In this document: positions 34,749 to 44,424 of the stretch, in pieces
How the letters are laid out: each line of letters opens with the position of its first letter
Position numbering within the stretch: position 1 is the first letter of the stretch
NCBI GenBank assembly: GCA_016783745.1
Contig: JADHVZ010000004.1
Span: 3,544 to 67,543, forward strand
Reading direction: 5' to 3'
From: Candidatus Omnitrophota bacterium
GTDB lineage: Bacteria > Omnitrophota > Gorgyraeia > JAHIPI01
Length of the DNA stretch: 64,000 nt
Translations under genes and position numbers: made by a program
Notes under the pieces: model-generated
Told to the model about the DNA's origin: nothing
Database searches by the model: none
Seen by the model: the letters and a program-made list of their open reading frames with translations, nothing else

Positions 34749-36521
34749 ATGGCGATAGGCGAAAAAATAAGATTCTTGTGGAAGGCTATAAGGGTATATA
34801 AATATTTCGCCCTTTTTCTCTTTTTCATCATCCTGGCAGCCGCGCTGACGGAAACTATCGGCATCGGTATGGTCATGCCGTTCCTGGAAGTTGTTTTCGA
34901 TCCGGGCAGTTCGTCGGGTTCTGTCAGGTTCATGGAGCCTATTTTGAGTCGTTTTCCGGATGCGCACAGGCTTATGGTCATAGGCATATTACTTATGGGG
35001 TTGATCCTGATAAAAAATCTACTTATCATATTCAGGATCGGCCTTTCCACACATTTTGTTTTTCGCTTCAGAAGATTATGGCAGTGCGCGGTTATGGAGA
35101 AATACATGTATGCGGAATACTCTTTTCTCCTATCTCATAAACAAGGGTATCTGTTAAACAATCTTTTAATAGAACCTGGCAGAGCGGCAAAATCACTGCA
35201 GCAACTAATAGAGTTTTCCTCAAAGGCGATTTTAGCTTTTTCTCTTTATTGCCTGTTGATCATAGTAAGCTGGAAAGCTACTTTAAGCATTACTTTTGTG
35301 GGTCTTCTCATAGTCCTCCTGCTGAGTAAACCTACTTATAATTACGCTATCGGAGTCGGACGAAAAAAAGTATCACTTTCGCAGGATATAACTGCCATGG
35401 GCGCGGAGAATATCAGCGCGATCCGTCAGATAAAGATATTTTCTCTTGAAAACGATACTTGCCGCAGATTCAGGGAAAAGCTGGAGGACATCATTCGCGT
35501 AATGACGAAGTTCAACGTGATCCGCAGATTACCCAATCCAATCGCGGAGACACTCTTTATAGCAGGAGTAGTGTTGACACTCTTATACCTTAATTATTTT
35601 ACCTTAGTTCCACTGATGACCATAGCTCCGGTTATAGGGCTTTTTGTTGTCACTTCCCAGAGGTTTTTTCCGGTCGTTTCGCAATTGTTTGCCGAGCGGA
35701 TGAACATCCTTACGTTTATTCCTTCCCTGAAGGTGGCGTATGGTTTATATGATTCGAAAATACGAAACGAAGAATTGAAGACAGGGGAGGCTATTGACTC
35801 TATCAAGAGAGGCATTGAATTTAAAAACGTTTTTTTTACGTATAAAGGCTCACGGCCGCTTTTTGAGGATTTAAGCCTAATCATTCCGAAGGGAAAGACA
35901 ACAGCGATCGTAGGCCCGTCCGGTTCGGGCAAATCGACCATGGTCGACCTGTTGACCGGTTTTTTTAAGAAGCAGAACGGGGAGATATTAATAAACGGCA
36001 TAGACATCGATAGGATAAACCTGCGGTCATGCCGCAGGCTCATAGGATATGTCAGCCAGGATACGTTTCTCTTTAACGCTACGGTGAGAGAAAATATTAT
36101 TGCCGGAAGACCGGACGCGCCGGAGCGGGAGATGGTAATGGCCGCGAAGCAGGCTCACGCGGATGAGTTTATACGCCGGCTGCCGCAGGGATATGATACG
36201 GTGCTGGGTGACAGGGGGTTGAAGGTCTCCGGGGGGCAGCGCCAGAGGATCGCCATAGCAAGAGTTCTTATACGCAACCCGGAGGTGTTGATATTTGATG
36301 AAGCCACCAGCTCGCTTGACTCCGAATCCGAAAGGTTGATCCAGGAATCGATTGATTCGTTCGCGGGCAAAAAAACCATTATCGTCATATCTCACCGTTT
36401 CTCGACAGTGAAGAATGCCGACGTGATCTATGTTTTTGATAAAGGCCATATAGTGGAATCCGGGACATTTGAGGAGCTCGAGAAGAGTAAGGGCCGATTT
36501 TATCAGATGAATATCGTGTAA
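34749..36521 (+). CDS. ABC exporter, fused TMD-NBD half transporter (MsbA/PglK-like; candidate lipid-linked glycan flippase)
   Basis: Six predicted N-terminal TM helices. Walker A 'GPSGSGKST', signature 'LSGGQRQRIAIAR', Walker B 'LIFDEATSSLD'. Confidence 0.9.
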   Translation: MAIGEKIRFLWKAIRVYKYFALFLFFIILAAALTETIGIGMVMPFLEVVFDPGSSSGSVRFMEPILSRFPDAHRLMVIGILLMGLILIKNLLIIFRIGLSTHFVFRFRRLWQCAVMEKYMYAEYSFLLSHKQGYLLNNLLIEPGRAAKSLQQLIEFSSKAILAFSLYCLLIIVSWKATLSITFVGLLIVLLLSKPTYNYAIGVGRKKVSLSQDITAMGAENISAIRQIKIFSLENDTCRRFREKLEDIIRVMTKFNVIRRLPNPIAETLFIAGVVLTLLYLNYFTLVPLMTIAPVIGLFVVTSQRFFPVVSQLFAERMNILTFIPSLKVAYGLYDSKIRNEELKTGEAIDSIKRGIEFKNVFFTYKGSRPLFEDLSLIIPKGKTTAIVGPSGSGKSTMVDLLTGFFKKQNGEILINGIDIDRINLRSCRRLIGYVSQDTFLFNATVRENIIAGRPDAPEREMVMAAKQAHADEFIRRLPQGYDTVLGDRGLKVSGGQRQRIAIARVLIRNPEVLIFDEATSSLDSESERLIQESIDSFAGKKTIIVISHRFSTVKNADVIYVFDKGHIVESGTFEELEKSKGRFYQMNIV

Positions 36522-36582
36522 AGAGTTTTATGTGCCGTTCAGGTGGTTTGGAAGTACTTTTTTACAAAAGGAGGGTAAGTAG

Positions 36583-38061
36583 ATGAAAGAAAAAATTTTT
36601 AACGCGAAATGTACGTGCCGGAATTGTCCGGCAGCCGATTTTGGCGGGAAATCTGAAAAAGATCAAGGCGGATCAGAGGCCCGCGTCATGGTTGAGTGCA
36701 GGCGCAGGCCGGAGCTCGGTTTCTTTGATCCCACAAACGTTACCTTTGAAAAATGTTCGGAATGGATCAGCACGCCGTACGGCTATTTTTTAAAGGATAT
36801 GCGCGTGATGATCTTAGGCATTGACGGGTATCTGGGCTGGACTCTTGCATTATGGCTCGGCAAACTTGGATGCAAGGTGAGCGGGGTGGATAACTATAAC
36901 AGGCGCAACTGGGTGAAGGAAAGAGGGGCGCATACGGTTGTTCCAATATCGAGGATGACCGAAAGGCTTCACGCAGCGAAAGAGGTGCTGGGCATACATA
37001 TTAATTTCCGCGAGATAGATATCCTTAATAAGTCTTCCTTGAAGGAGTTTATCGATGAGATAAAACCGGAGGCCATAGTCCATTATGCCGAATGCCCAAG
37101 CGCGCCTTACAGCATGATAGACTTTGAGCATGCAAGCCTGGTTCAAACAAACAATGTGATAGGGACGTTGGGTGTTCTTTTCAGTATGCATGAAGTGGTG
37201 CCGGAAACATCGCTCATTAAATTGGGAACGATGGGGGAGTACGGGACGCCGTTATCGGGCAGGCCGCTTTTTGAGGGATTTTTTCCCGAGGACGCGGTCC
37301 TTCACTGGAAGAACCGCAAATGGAGCATGGGCGGGGAATTGACGCCGCGTTATCCCGCGTCTTTCTACCATATTACCAAAGTCCAGGATACCATAAACGT
37401 GCATCAATCCTGCAGGTATTGGCAGCTCCGTTCATATGACGTGATGCAGGGGGTCATATACGGAGTGCACACCGAGCAGGTTGCCGCCGACCCGCGGCTG
37501 CGGACGCGCCTGGATATCGACGAATGGTTCGGGACGGTAGTCAACCGGTATGTCGCTCAGGCGATCATCGGTTTCCCGCTTACGATTTTCGGGGGAGGAG
37601 GCCAGACGCGCGGTTTCATCTCTCTGGAAGACGCTATGCAGTGCATAACCCGGCTCATCGCGAAACCGCCCGCGCCAGGTGAGTACGGCGTGATAAATCA
37701 GATGTCCGGATATTACAACGTGAAGCAGCTTGCCGAAACGGTAGCGAAAATCGGCTCAGAAGAATTCGATTTTGACGTAAAGATCCAGAGGGTGGAGAAC
37801 CCGCGGATAGAGGCAAACAGGCACACCTTTGAGCCGATATTTGACAAATTGCCGGATGAGTTCGGGTTTATTCAAAGCAACACTTTAGAAAATGAAATAA
37901 GGAGGATGTTTAAACTTTTGTCTCAGCCCCATATAAAGAGCAGGATCGAGGAAAAAAGGCATCTTATCATGCCCAGGACGTGGTGGTCGGGCGTAAAGAA
38001 GGAGGTCAAGAGGATCGAGATGCTGAATAACTCAATCCGGGAAACGGTAGCTAAGCAATGA
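36583..38061 (+). CDS. UDP-sulfoquinovose synthase family enzyme (SQD1/SqdB/Agl3-like extended SDR) with about 60-aa Cys-containing N-terminal extension
   Basis: Long collinear similarity to SQD1 as I recall it. 'RVMILGIDGYLGWTLALWL' matches RVMVIGGDGYCGWATALHL; 'CPSAPYSMID' matches QRSAPYSMID; 'NNVIGTLGVLFSMHE', 'LIKLGTMGEYGTP', 'SFYHITKVQD' (YxxxK), 'QGVIYGV', 'GGQTRGFISLEDAMQCI' and 'VENPRIEA' also match. The N-terminus 'KCTCRNCPAADFGG' is extra. Confidence 0.75.
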   Translation: MKEKIFNAKCTCRNCPAADFGGKSEKDQGGSEARVMVECRRRPELGFFDPTNVTFEKCSEWISTPYGYFLKDMRVMILGIDGYLGWTLALWLGKLGCKVSGVDNYNRRNWVKERGAHTVVPISRMTERLHAAKEVLGIHINFREIDILNKSSLKEFIDEIKPEAIVHYAECPSAPYSMIDFEHASLVQTNNVIGTLGVLFSMHEVVPETSLIKLGTMGEYGTPLSGRPLFEGFFPEDAVLHWKNRKWSMGGELTPRYPASFYHITKVQDTINVHQSCRYWQLRSYDVMQGVIYGVHTEQVAADPRLRTRLDIDEWFGTVVNRYVAQAIIGFPLTIFGGGGQTRGFISLEDAMQCITRLIAKPPAPGEYGVINQMSGYYNVKQLAETVAKIGSEEFDFDVKIQRVENPRIEANRHTFEPIFDKLPDEFGFIQSNTLENEIRRMFKLLSQPHIKSRIEEKRHLIMPRTWWSGVKKEVKRIEMLNNSIRETVAKQ

Positions 38062-39185
38062 AAGTCGAATTCTATAAACACAATATCGGTGAAGAAGAGA
38101 AGAGGAAGGCCTTGGAAGTCCTCGATGGCATATTCCTAACTACAGGAAAATACGTAGAGGAGTTCGAAAAGACATTTTCGGATTATCTCGGTGTAGAATT
38201 TGCCGTAGGCGTTTCATCCTGCACGGCTGCGCTTCATCTTGCTCTCATGCATTACGGCATCGGCGCGGGAGACGAAGTCATTACAACACCGCTTACATTT
38301 ATAGCTACGGCAAATGCAATTCTTTATAGCGGAGCAAAACTTGTATTTGTTGATGTTGAAAAAGAGACAGGGTTGATAGATCCCGAAAAGGTGGAAGCTG
38401 CCGTAACGAAGCGCACAAAAGCTATTATACCCGTGCACCTCTACGGGGTGATGGCGGACATGAAAAGGTTGCGTAAAGTCGCCGATAAATACGGATTAAA
38501 AATCATAGAGGATTCAGCGCACTGCATCGAAGGCGAGAGAGACGGCATAAGGCCGGGCGAGTCAGGCGATGCGGCCTGTTTCAGTTTTTACGCGACAAAG
38601 AATATAACAAGCGGAGAAGGCGGCGCGATAACTGTTCACACAAAAGAGGAGAAAGACAGGCTTTACAAATTACGTTCCCACGGCATGTCCAGGGAAGCAT
38701 ACGGCAGATATGAAAGTCTTTACAGGCACTGGGACATGGAGACACTGGGCTGGAAATACAACATGAACAACATACAGGCCGCCCTATTATTAAATCAGAT
38801 CAAGAATGTAGAAAAATATTGGAAAAGAAGAGAAGAGATCTGCCGGCGGTACGAGTCGGCCTTTAAGGATGAGAAAAAGATACGGCTTCTAACCATACCT
38901 CCGCATACAAAGAGCGCGCGGCATCTGATCACGATTTTGGTAGATCCCCAGACAAGGGATGAGATCCTCGCAAAACTCCAAAAAAGGGATATAGGCGTTG
39001 CGGTAAATTTCAGGCCTATACACCTTTTGACATACTATCGGCAGACATACGGCTATAAAATAGGCGCGTTTCCCGCAAGCGAGGAGATAGGGGGCGGGAC
39101 TATCAGCCTACCGCTCTATCCCCAACTCACAGATGAGGAGATCGAATACGTTATCAAATCGGTAAAAGAGGCGATCAGAAAATAG
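38058..39185 (+). CDS. DegT/DnrJ/EryC1/StrS-family PLP-dependent sugar aminotransferase
   Basis: 'GVSSCTAALHLAL...GDEVITTPLTFIATANAI...AIIPVHLYG...EDSAHC...FSFYATKNITSGEGG', with the catalytic Lys in 'ATKN'. Confidence 0.85.
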   Translation: MKVEFYKHNIGEEEKRKALEVLDGIFLTTGKYVEEFEKTFSDYLGVEFAVGVSSCTAALHLALMHYGIGAGDEVITTPLTFIATANAILYSGAKLVFVDVEKETGLIDPEKVEAAVTKRTKAIIPVHLYGVMADMKRLRKVADKYGLKIIEDSAHCIEGERDGIRPGESGDAACFSFYATKNITSGEGGAITVHTKEEKDRLYKLRSHGMSREAYGRYESLYRHWDMETLGWKYNMNNIQAALLLNQIKNVEKYWKRREEICRRYESAFKDEKKIRLLTIPPHTKSARHLITILVDPQTRDEILAKLQKRDIGVAVNFRPIHLLTYYRQTYGYKIGAFPASEEIGGGTISLPLYPQLTDEEIEYVIKSVKEAIRK

Positions 39186-40115
39186 ATGAGTTATTTAAGC
39201 GATATAAAAAAGGTGATACGCACCAACGAAGCTATTGAGTTCCCGAAAGTCATCCTCATAGACAACTTCAACGGATGCAATCTGCGCTGTTCAATATGCG
39301 ACCACAAAAATATGGAAAAATACAGGCGCATTCAAAAAATGGATCTCGAGTTGTATGAAAAGGTCATAGATGAGATAGCCGTGATGGATCCTGATGCCAG
39401 GGTATGGGAGATATTTTTTGGTGACCCGTTTTTATGTAAAGATATGCCTATGAGGATAAAATATGCGAAAGATAAAGGCCTTAAAGACGTAGTTCTCAAT
39501 ACAAACGGCGCATTGATGACTCCTGAGAGAGCTAAACCCGTTATCGAAGCCGGTCTGGATGCCATGTATGTGGGCATTGACGCTACGAAGGCCGGGACCT
39601 ATGATAAGATAAGAGTAGGGGGAGATTTTAATAAAACCGTGGAAAATACGCTGAGCTACAGAGATCTATTGAAAAAATACGGCACGGAAAACCAAAAGCT
39701 ATATGTTCAATTTGTGGTCTGCGGCATAAACAGCGATGAAGCGGAAGGTTTCAAAGATTTTTGGACGAAGGAAAAAATTAATGTTAAGATCCGGCCAAAA
39801 GTGAGCTGGGCGGGCCTGGTAGAGGCCATGAATCTACGTGACAACAAGGGCCTGACCCGCAAACCTTGTTACTGGCTCATGCGGACGATCAATATATGCG
39901 CCGACGGTGAGGTTACGCTTTGCTCGGTAGATGTCCATTGCCATGTAAAGTGCGGCAATGCGGCGGATAAGACTATAAAAGAGATATGGGACGGCAAACT
40001 CAAAGAATACCGCGCCATGCATAATGCGGGCAGGTATGATGCGCTGCCGCCCATGTGCAGAGATTGCGGAGACTGGCAATCTACCTATGCGGAGTTTTTT
40101 AAGCCCGCGCTTTAA
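39186..40115 (+). CDS. radical SAM enzyme with SPASM/twitch-type domain, paralog 3
   Basis: 'FNGCNLRCSICDH' is CxxxCxxC, followed by 'GDPFL'. The C-terminal cysteines are 'CYWLMRTINICADGEVTLCSVDVHCHVKCGN...CRDCGDW'. Confidence 0.85.
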   Translation: MSYLSDIKKVIRTNEAIEFPKVILIDNFNGCNLRCSICDHKNMEKYRRIQKMDLELYEKVIDEIAVMDPDARVWEIFFGDPFLCKDMPMRIKYAKDKGLKDVVLNTNGALMTPERAKPVIEAGLDAMYVGIDATKAGTYDKIRVGGDFNKTVENTLSYRDLLKKYGTENQKLYVQFVVCGINSDEAEGFKDFWTKEKINVKIRPKVSWAGLVEAMNLRDNKGLTRKPCYWLMRTINICADGEVTLCSVDVHCHVKCGNAADKTIKEIWDGKLKEYRAMHNAGRYDALPPMCRDCGDWQSTYAEFFKPAL

Positions 40116-40133
40116 ACGGTCAAGGATAGAAGA

Positions 40134-41111
40134 ATGCCTGAAAAAGAGATAAGCCACACTAAAGAGAGATACGCTATCAAGGGGGGCGCCGAAGAATTTC
40201 CCTTGATGCTCATATTGTCACTTGTTTATGTCTGTAACAGCAAGTGCCCCAATTGTCCGTATAGCAACTGCGATATTCAGAAAACTTATGACGATGCGCC
40301 GGTAATGCCGGAAGATATCTTCAGAAGGATCGTTGAAGAATCCGGACGATACAATGCCTATCTCAGAATAACAGCCGGCGGTGAGCCTATGCTCCACCCA
40401 AAGGCCGTCGACTTGATGGCCTACGCTAAAAGGCAAGGCACGAGGATAGGGTTGATCACGAATGGCTCACTATTCGACAGGAAGAAACTAACTTCTCTTA
40501 TAGAAGCCGGCGTAGATAATATCGAATTCAGCATCGATGCCGGCGACGAGGAGACATATAAGAGGGTGAGGCCCGGCCTGGATTGGAAAAGAGTGAATGA
40601 AAATGTCCGAATGGCGGCTGATATCAGAGATCATCTGAAGGCGCCTACCCGGATTATTGTCAGCGTCATAAACCAAAAGGACGTTGACATAAAAGCGGCC
40701 GATGGTTATTGGGGGAAAATCGCGGATAAGGTTCAGATAAGGAAATACTTGACCTGGGGCTACAACAAAGATCATTCGGCGGATCCCACACCTTATCTTC
40801 CTCTCGAAGAAGCGGTTCCGTGCCCATGGCTTTTTGAAAGGTTTAACATAGATACGAGGGGTGATGTTACCGTATGCGGCGAAGATATTGCTTTCGGCGA
40901 AAAATTCGGCAATGTTATGGAACACTCAATAAAAGAACTGTGGCGGCACCCCAAAATGGAATATTTCAGAAAGACGCATTTAGGCAAAAAAGGCGCCGAG
41001 ATCCCCATATGCGGCAAGTGTGATGATTGGCAGTACCGTTCATGGAATTATAATTACTGGAAAGTCGTCGATGATGCCGAGAAGACTAAAGGACTGAGAT
41101 CGAAGAGATGA
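40134..41111 (+). CDS. radical SAM enzyme with SPASM/twitch-type domain, paralog 4
   Basis: 'CNSKCPNCPY' is CxxxCxxC, followed by 'GEPML'. The C-terminal cysteines are 'CPWLFERFNIDTRGDVTVCGED...CGKCDDW'. Confidence 0.85.
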   Translation: MPEKEISHTKERYAIKGGAEEFPLMLILSLVYVCNSKCPNCPYSNCDIQKTYDDAPVMPEDIFRRIVEESGRYNAYLRITAGGEPMLHPKAVDLMAYAKRQGTRIGLITNGSLFDRKKLTSLIEAGVDNIEFSIDAGDEETYKRVRPGLDWKRVNENVRMAADIRDHLKAPTRIIVSVINQKDVDIKAADGYWGKIADKVQIRKYLTWGYNKDHSADPTPYLPLEEAVPCPWLFERFNIDTRGDVTVCGEDIAFGEKFGNVMEHSIKELWRHPKMEYFRKTHLGKKGAEIPICGKCDDWQYRSWNYNYWKVVDDAEKTKGLRSKR

Positions 41112-42028
41112 AGACTCATAAAAAAGTATTCTTAATAACGGGCGGATTCGGGTTTTTAGGCCCGCATCTCGTTCAACTTTTACTTAAGAAGGTCAGTCAT
41201 TGCGCGATGTATGTAGTAGGCAGGAAGAAGGCCAAGCTTATTTGGAAAGGAGACTCAAGGGTCAAATTCATTTACGGTGATTTGCGGGATGCCGGACTTT
41301 GGGCCGGATTGCCTAAGGACATCACGCATGTCTTTCATTTGGCCGCCGTTATTCCCTGGGGAAAGATGGATCAAAATAGGACGGACGTATTTATGGATAA
41401 CGTCCTGCCTATTTCGCATCTAATCGGATCCAGCCGGGCCTGGCCCGGGTTGAGGCAGGTTATATATTCTTCATCTATCTCGGTCTATGCGAGGACAAAT
41501 CGATTTATAAGAGAAGGTTCGCTTAAGGATCCGCCGAATGTTTACGGCGCTGCCAAGCTGGAAGGAGAGATCCTGTTGCAGAATTTAATAGCAAGGGGGA
41601 TCAAGGTCACTTACTTAAGGTATAGCTCTATTTACGGACATGGGCATCACCCAGGGACTGTCCTGCCGGTCATGCTCGATCGGGCTTTAAAAAGAAAAGA
41701 GGTCCTTGTCTATGGAACGGGCAATCGAACACAGGATTTTCTTTATTGCGAAGATGCGGCAAACGCAAATCTTCTGGCTTATGAGAAGAGCGCGAACGGA
41801 GTATTTAACATAGGATGCGGGGTGCCGGTTTCTATGAGGGAACTGGCTCATGCTATCAGCGATGTTTTTACGAATGGCAAAGCGAAGCTTATGCGGCAGC
41901 CCGCGAAAAAAAACCGCGAGCCGGGTTATAAAATCGACATTTCCAGAGCAAAGAGGGCATTGGGTTACCGGCCGACGCGAATAAAAGAAGGTTTGCGAAG
42001 ACTAAAGAAGGATATGGAGAGGTATTAG
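41108..42028 (+). CDS. NAD-dependent sugar epimerase/dehydratase (extended SDR)
   Basis: 'VFLITGGFGFLGPHL' Rossmann motif and 'YGAAKLEGE' YxxxK dyad. Confidence 0.8.
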   Translation: MKTHKKVFLITGGFGFLGPHLVQLLLKKVSHCAMYVVGRKKAKLIWKGDSRVKFIYGDLRDAGLWAGLPKDITHVFHLAAVIPWGKMDQNRTDVFMDNVLPISHLIGSSRAWPGLRQVIYSSSISVYARTNRFIREGSLKDPPNVYGAAKLEGEILLQNLIARGIKVTYLRYSSIYGHGHHPGTVLPVMLDRALKRKEVLVYGTGNRTQDFLYCEDAANANLLAYEKSANGVFNIGCGVPVSMRELAHAISDVFTNGKAKLMRQPAKKNREPGYKIDISRAKRALGYRPTRIKEGLRRLKKDMERY

Positions 42029-43819
42029 GTGGATTTTCATCGCGTGTTAGTAACTGCAGTAGGCGGAAACATCGGCCAGGGGGTCATCAAGGCCCTCAGG
42101 GCTGGAAAAAGGCACTACCACATCGTCGGGGTGGATATGGAACCTCTCTCGGCGGGTTTTTCGCTTGTCGACAGCTATTATCGGATGCCGAGGACGGGAG
42201 ACCCGAGTTTCAATGATAAATTAATCGAAATCGCGCGACGGGAAAAAATAGAAGGGATTTATGTCTGCTCTCCGACTGAGCTTGAACCCTTTAGCATCTA
42301 TAAGGAAGAGCTGGAAAGAGAGTTGGGCCTCACGGTATTCGTGAACCCTATAGATGTGATCCGCATCGGCTCTGATAAGCTTGAGACGGCCGATTTCCTG
42401 CAAGGGGAGGGACTGCCTTATCTTGAAGCCGTGTCCGCTCAGGATGAAAAGGGCTTGAGCCGGCTGATACATAAATATAATTGGCCTTTACTGATGAAGC
42501 CGCGCAAAGGCTTTAGCTCAAGGGATCTGTTTGTCGTGGATTCCATGGAAAAGATAAAGGCTGTGCGGATGCTGGTTTCCGATTCGATAGTCCAAAGATA
42601 TCTACCGGACGATAACACCGAATATACCGCGGGCACGGTCTCCGGTCCGGACAAGAAAGTCCGAGCGTCCATAACCCTGCACAGGGACCTCATCCAGGGC
42701 ACTTCATATAGAACGGAGTTGGTGCAGGATAGAGATATTACCGATCAGGTCGTAAGCATAGTCGAGGCTTTAGGCGCCGTAGGCGTCTGTAATATCCAAT
42801 TCCGTTTACATGACGGAAAGGCCTATGTATTCGAGATCAATCCGCGCTTTTCCGGCACAAGCGGCATACGCTATCTTTATGGTTTTAACGATCCCGAGAT
42901 GGCCTTCGAACTCTTTCGGCTGGGTGTCGATATCGGTCAACCGGAGCTGCGTCCGGCAGCGGTCCTCAGGTATTGGAACGAGATCTTTATATCAGGAGCT
43001 ACGTTTGACAAACTTCATGACGGGACGCAAGGACACCGGGGCATCCAGAAGGTGATCAAAAGGCCTATTATTGAGAGATCCGCGCGCGATCTTGACCTTT
43101 CCCATGAGCAGGAGAAGAGCTCTTTAGACAGCATGGCCGATAGGTATTTCACCCAAAAGGCCCTCGGGCCGGATGACAAACAGATGGGATTTATTATAGA
43201 CGAGATCTTAACTGTCTGCCGCGGGCCAAAGGTCTTAAAATTGGGCTATGGTAACGGCCATTCAGTCCTGAAACTTGTAGATATGGGATTTGACGTGACC
43301 GTAGTGGAGGGTGCTTCTCAACTGGCAAATGAGTGCCGTGACGGCTTCGGCGGAAGGGTAAAAATAGCCCATTCTCTTTTTGAAGAATTTAAACCGGAAG
43401 AATATTATGATACTATCATCGCGTCATGCGTGCTTGAGCATGTGAAAGATCCGAAGGAGCTTTTACACTTACTTACAGCCTGGCTTGCGCCTGAAGGAAG
43501 TCTACATATTGCGGTTCCAAATGCTCTGTCTTTGCATAGAAGGGTCGGGCTTAAAATGGGTTTGCTGCGGGAACCTATGGAACTCAGTCCCCAGGAACTT
43601 GAAGTAGGGCATCGCCGTTCATACACGGTAGATACTTTGAAGGCGGAGCTTGATAGTGCCGGGCTGAATGTGAATTTTATCAAAGGTATATTTTTGAAGC
43701 CTCTCTCAAGCGGGCAGATGATGGACTGGCCCCATGATCTTCTAGAGGGCTATAATAAACTAAGTGATGAATTGCCGGAATATACCGCGTTTATTTACGG
43801 AAGTTGTTCGAAAAAATAA
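42029..43819 (+). CDS. fusion: N-terminal ATP-grasp ligase domain plus C-terminal class I SAM methyltransferase domain (GTG start)
   Basis: ATP-grasp: 'WPLLMKPRKGFSSRDLFVV...GVCNIQFRLHDGKAYVFEINPRFSGTSG'. MTase: 'VLKLGYGNGHSVLKLVDMGFDVTVVEGAS...TIIASCVLEHVKDP'. Confidence 0.75.
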   Translation: MDFHRVLVTAVGGNIGQGVIKALRAGKRHYHIVGVDMEPLSAGFSLVDSYYRMPRTGDPSFNDKLIEIARREKIEGIYVCSPTELEPFSIYKEELERELGLTVFVNPIDVIRIGSDKLETADFLQGEGLPYLEAVSAQDEKGLSRLIHKYNWPLLMKPRKGFSSRDLFVVDSMEKIKAVRMLVSDSIVQRYLPDDNTEYTAGTVSGPDKKVRASITLHRDLIQGTSYRTELVQDRDITDQVVSIVEALGAVGVCNIQFRLHDGKAYVFEINPRFSGTSGIRYLYGFNDPEMAFELFRLGVDIGQPELRPAAVLRYWNEIFISGATFDKLHDGTQGHRGIQKVIKRPIIERSARDLDLSHEQEKSSLDSMADRYFTQKALGPDDKQMGFIIDEILTVCRGPKVLKLGYGNGHSVLKLVDMGFDVTVVEGASQLANECRDGFGGRVKIAHSLFEEFKPEEYYDTIIASCVLEHVKDPKELLHLLTAWLAPEGSLHIAVPNALSLHRRVGLKMGLLREPMELSPQELEVGHRRSYTVDTLKAELDSAGLNVNFIKGIFLKPLSSGQMMDWPHDLLEGYNKLSDELPEYTAFIYGSCSKK

Positions 43820-43830
43820 AGAGGCCTGAA

Positions 43831-44415
43831 ATGTCAATAAGTCTTAAGGGGTTGATCAGAAGTGATCTGGAAAGATATTCTCAGACATATAAATTGAGAG
43901 GCCAGGCTTACTCAAAGTGGCGGGTGGCGTTTGAGAGTTTTGTCTTTAAGGCCGGGTTTCAGGCTGTCCTCCTTTATCGCGTAAGCCATTGGTTTTATCG
44001 TATAAGATTCACCGGCTTAGCGTGGTTGTTGGCCCGTTTGAATGTCACCCTGACAGGCGCGGAGATCGAATTCAATGCCGAAATAGGCCCTGGTATGTTT
44101 ATATCACATCCTGTGGGAATAGTGATAGGCAGGGGTACGAGGATCGGTTCCGGTGCCACCCTATTTCAGGGTGTTTCTTTCGGCGTTAAGAGCTGGCATC
44201 CGGATGACATAAAGAAGTTTCCAAAGGTAGGGAACAACTGTTTCTTTTTTGCGCATGCGGTGATCCTTGGGGACGTGACTATCGGGGATAATTGTGTTGT
44301 GGCTGCCCAGGCAGTAGTCACCAAAGATATGCCGGACGGCTACCTTGCCAAAGGCGTGCCCGCGGAGATCTATTCGGAAAAAGGGCAAGAAGTCATCTCT
44401 TCCTGGAGCTATTAA
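43831..44415 (+). CDS. left-handed beta-helix (hexapeptide-repeat) acyl/acetyltransferase, serine-acetyltransferase-like (start placed at ATG 43831 behind RBS AAGAGG)
   Basis: 'GAEIEFNAEIGPGMFISHPVGIVIGRGTRIGSGATLFQGVSFG...GNNCFFFAHAVILGDVTIGDNCVVAAQAVV' hexapeptide repeats. Confidence 0.75.
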   Translation: MSISLKGLIRSDLERYSQTYKLRGQAYSKWRVAFESFVFKAGFQAVLLYRVSHWFYRIRFTGLAWLLARLNVTLTGAEIEFNAEIGPGMFISHPVGIVIGRGTRIGSGATLFQGVSFGVKSWHPDDIKKFPKVGNNCFFFAHAVILGDVTIGDNCVVAAQAVVTKDMPDGYLAKGVPAEIYSEKGQEVISSWSY

Positions 44416-44424
44416 GGCAAAATT

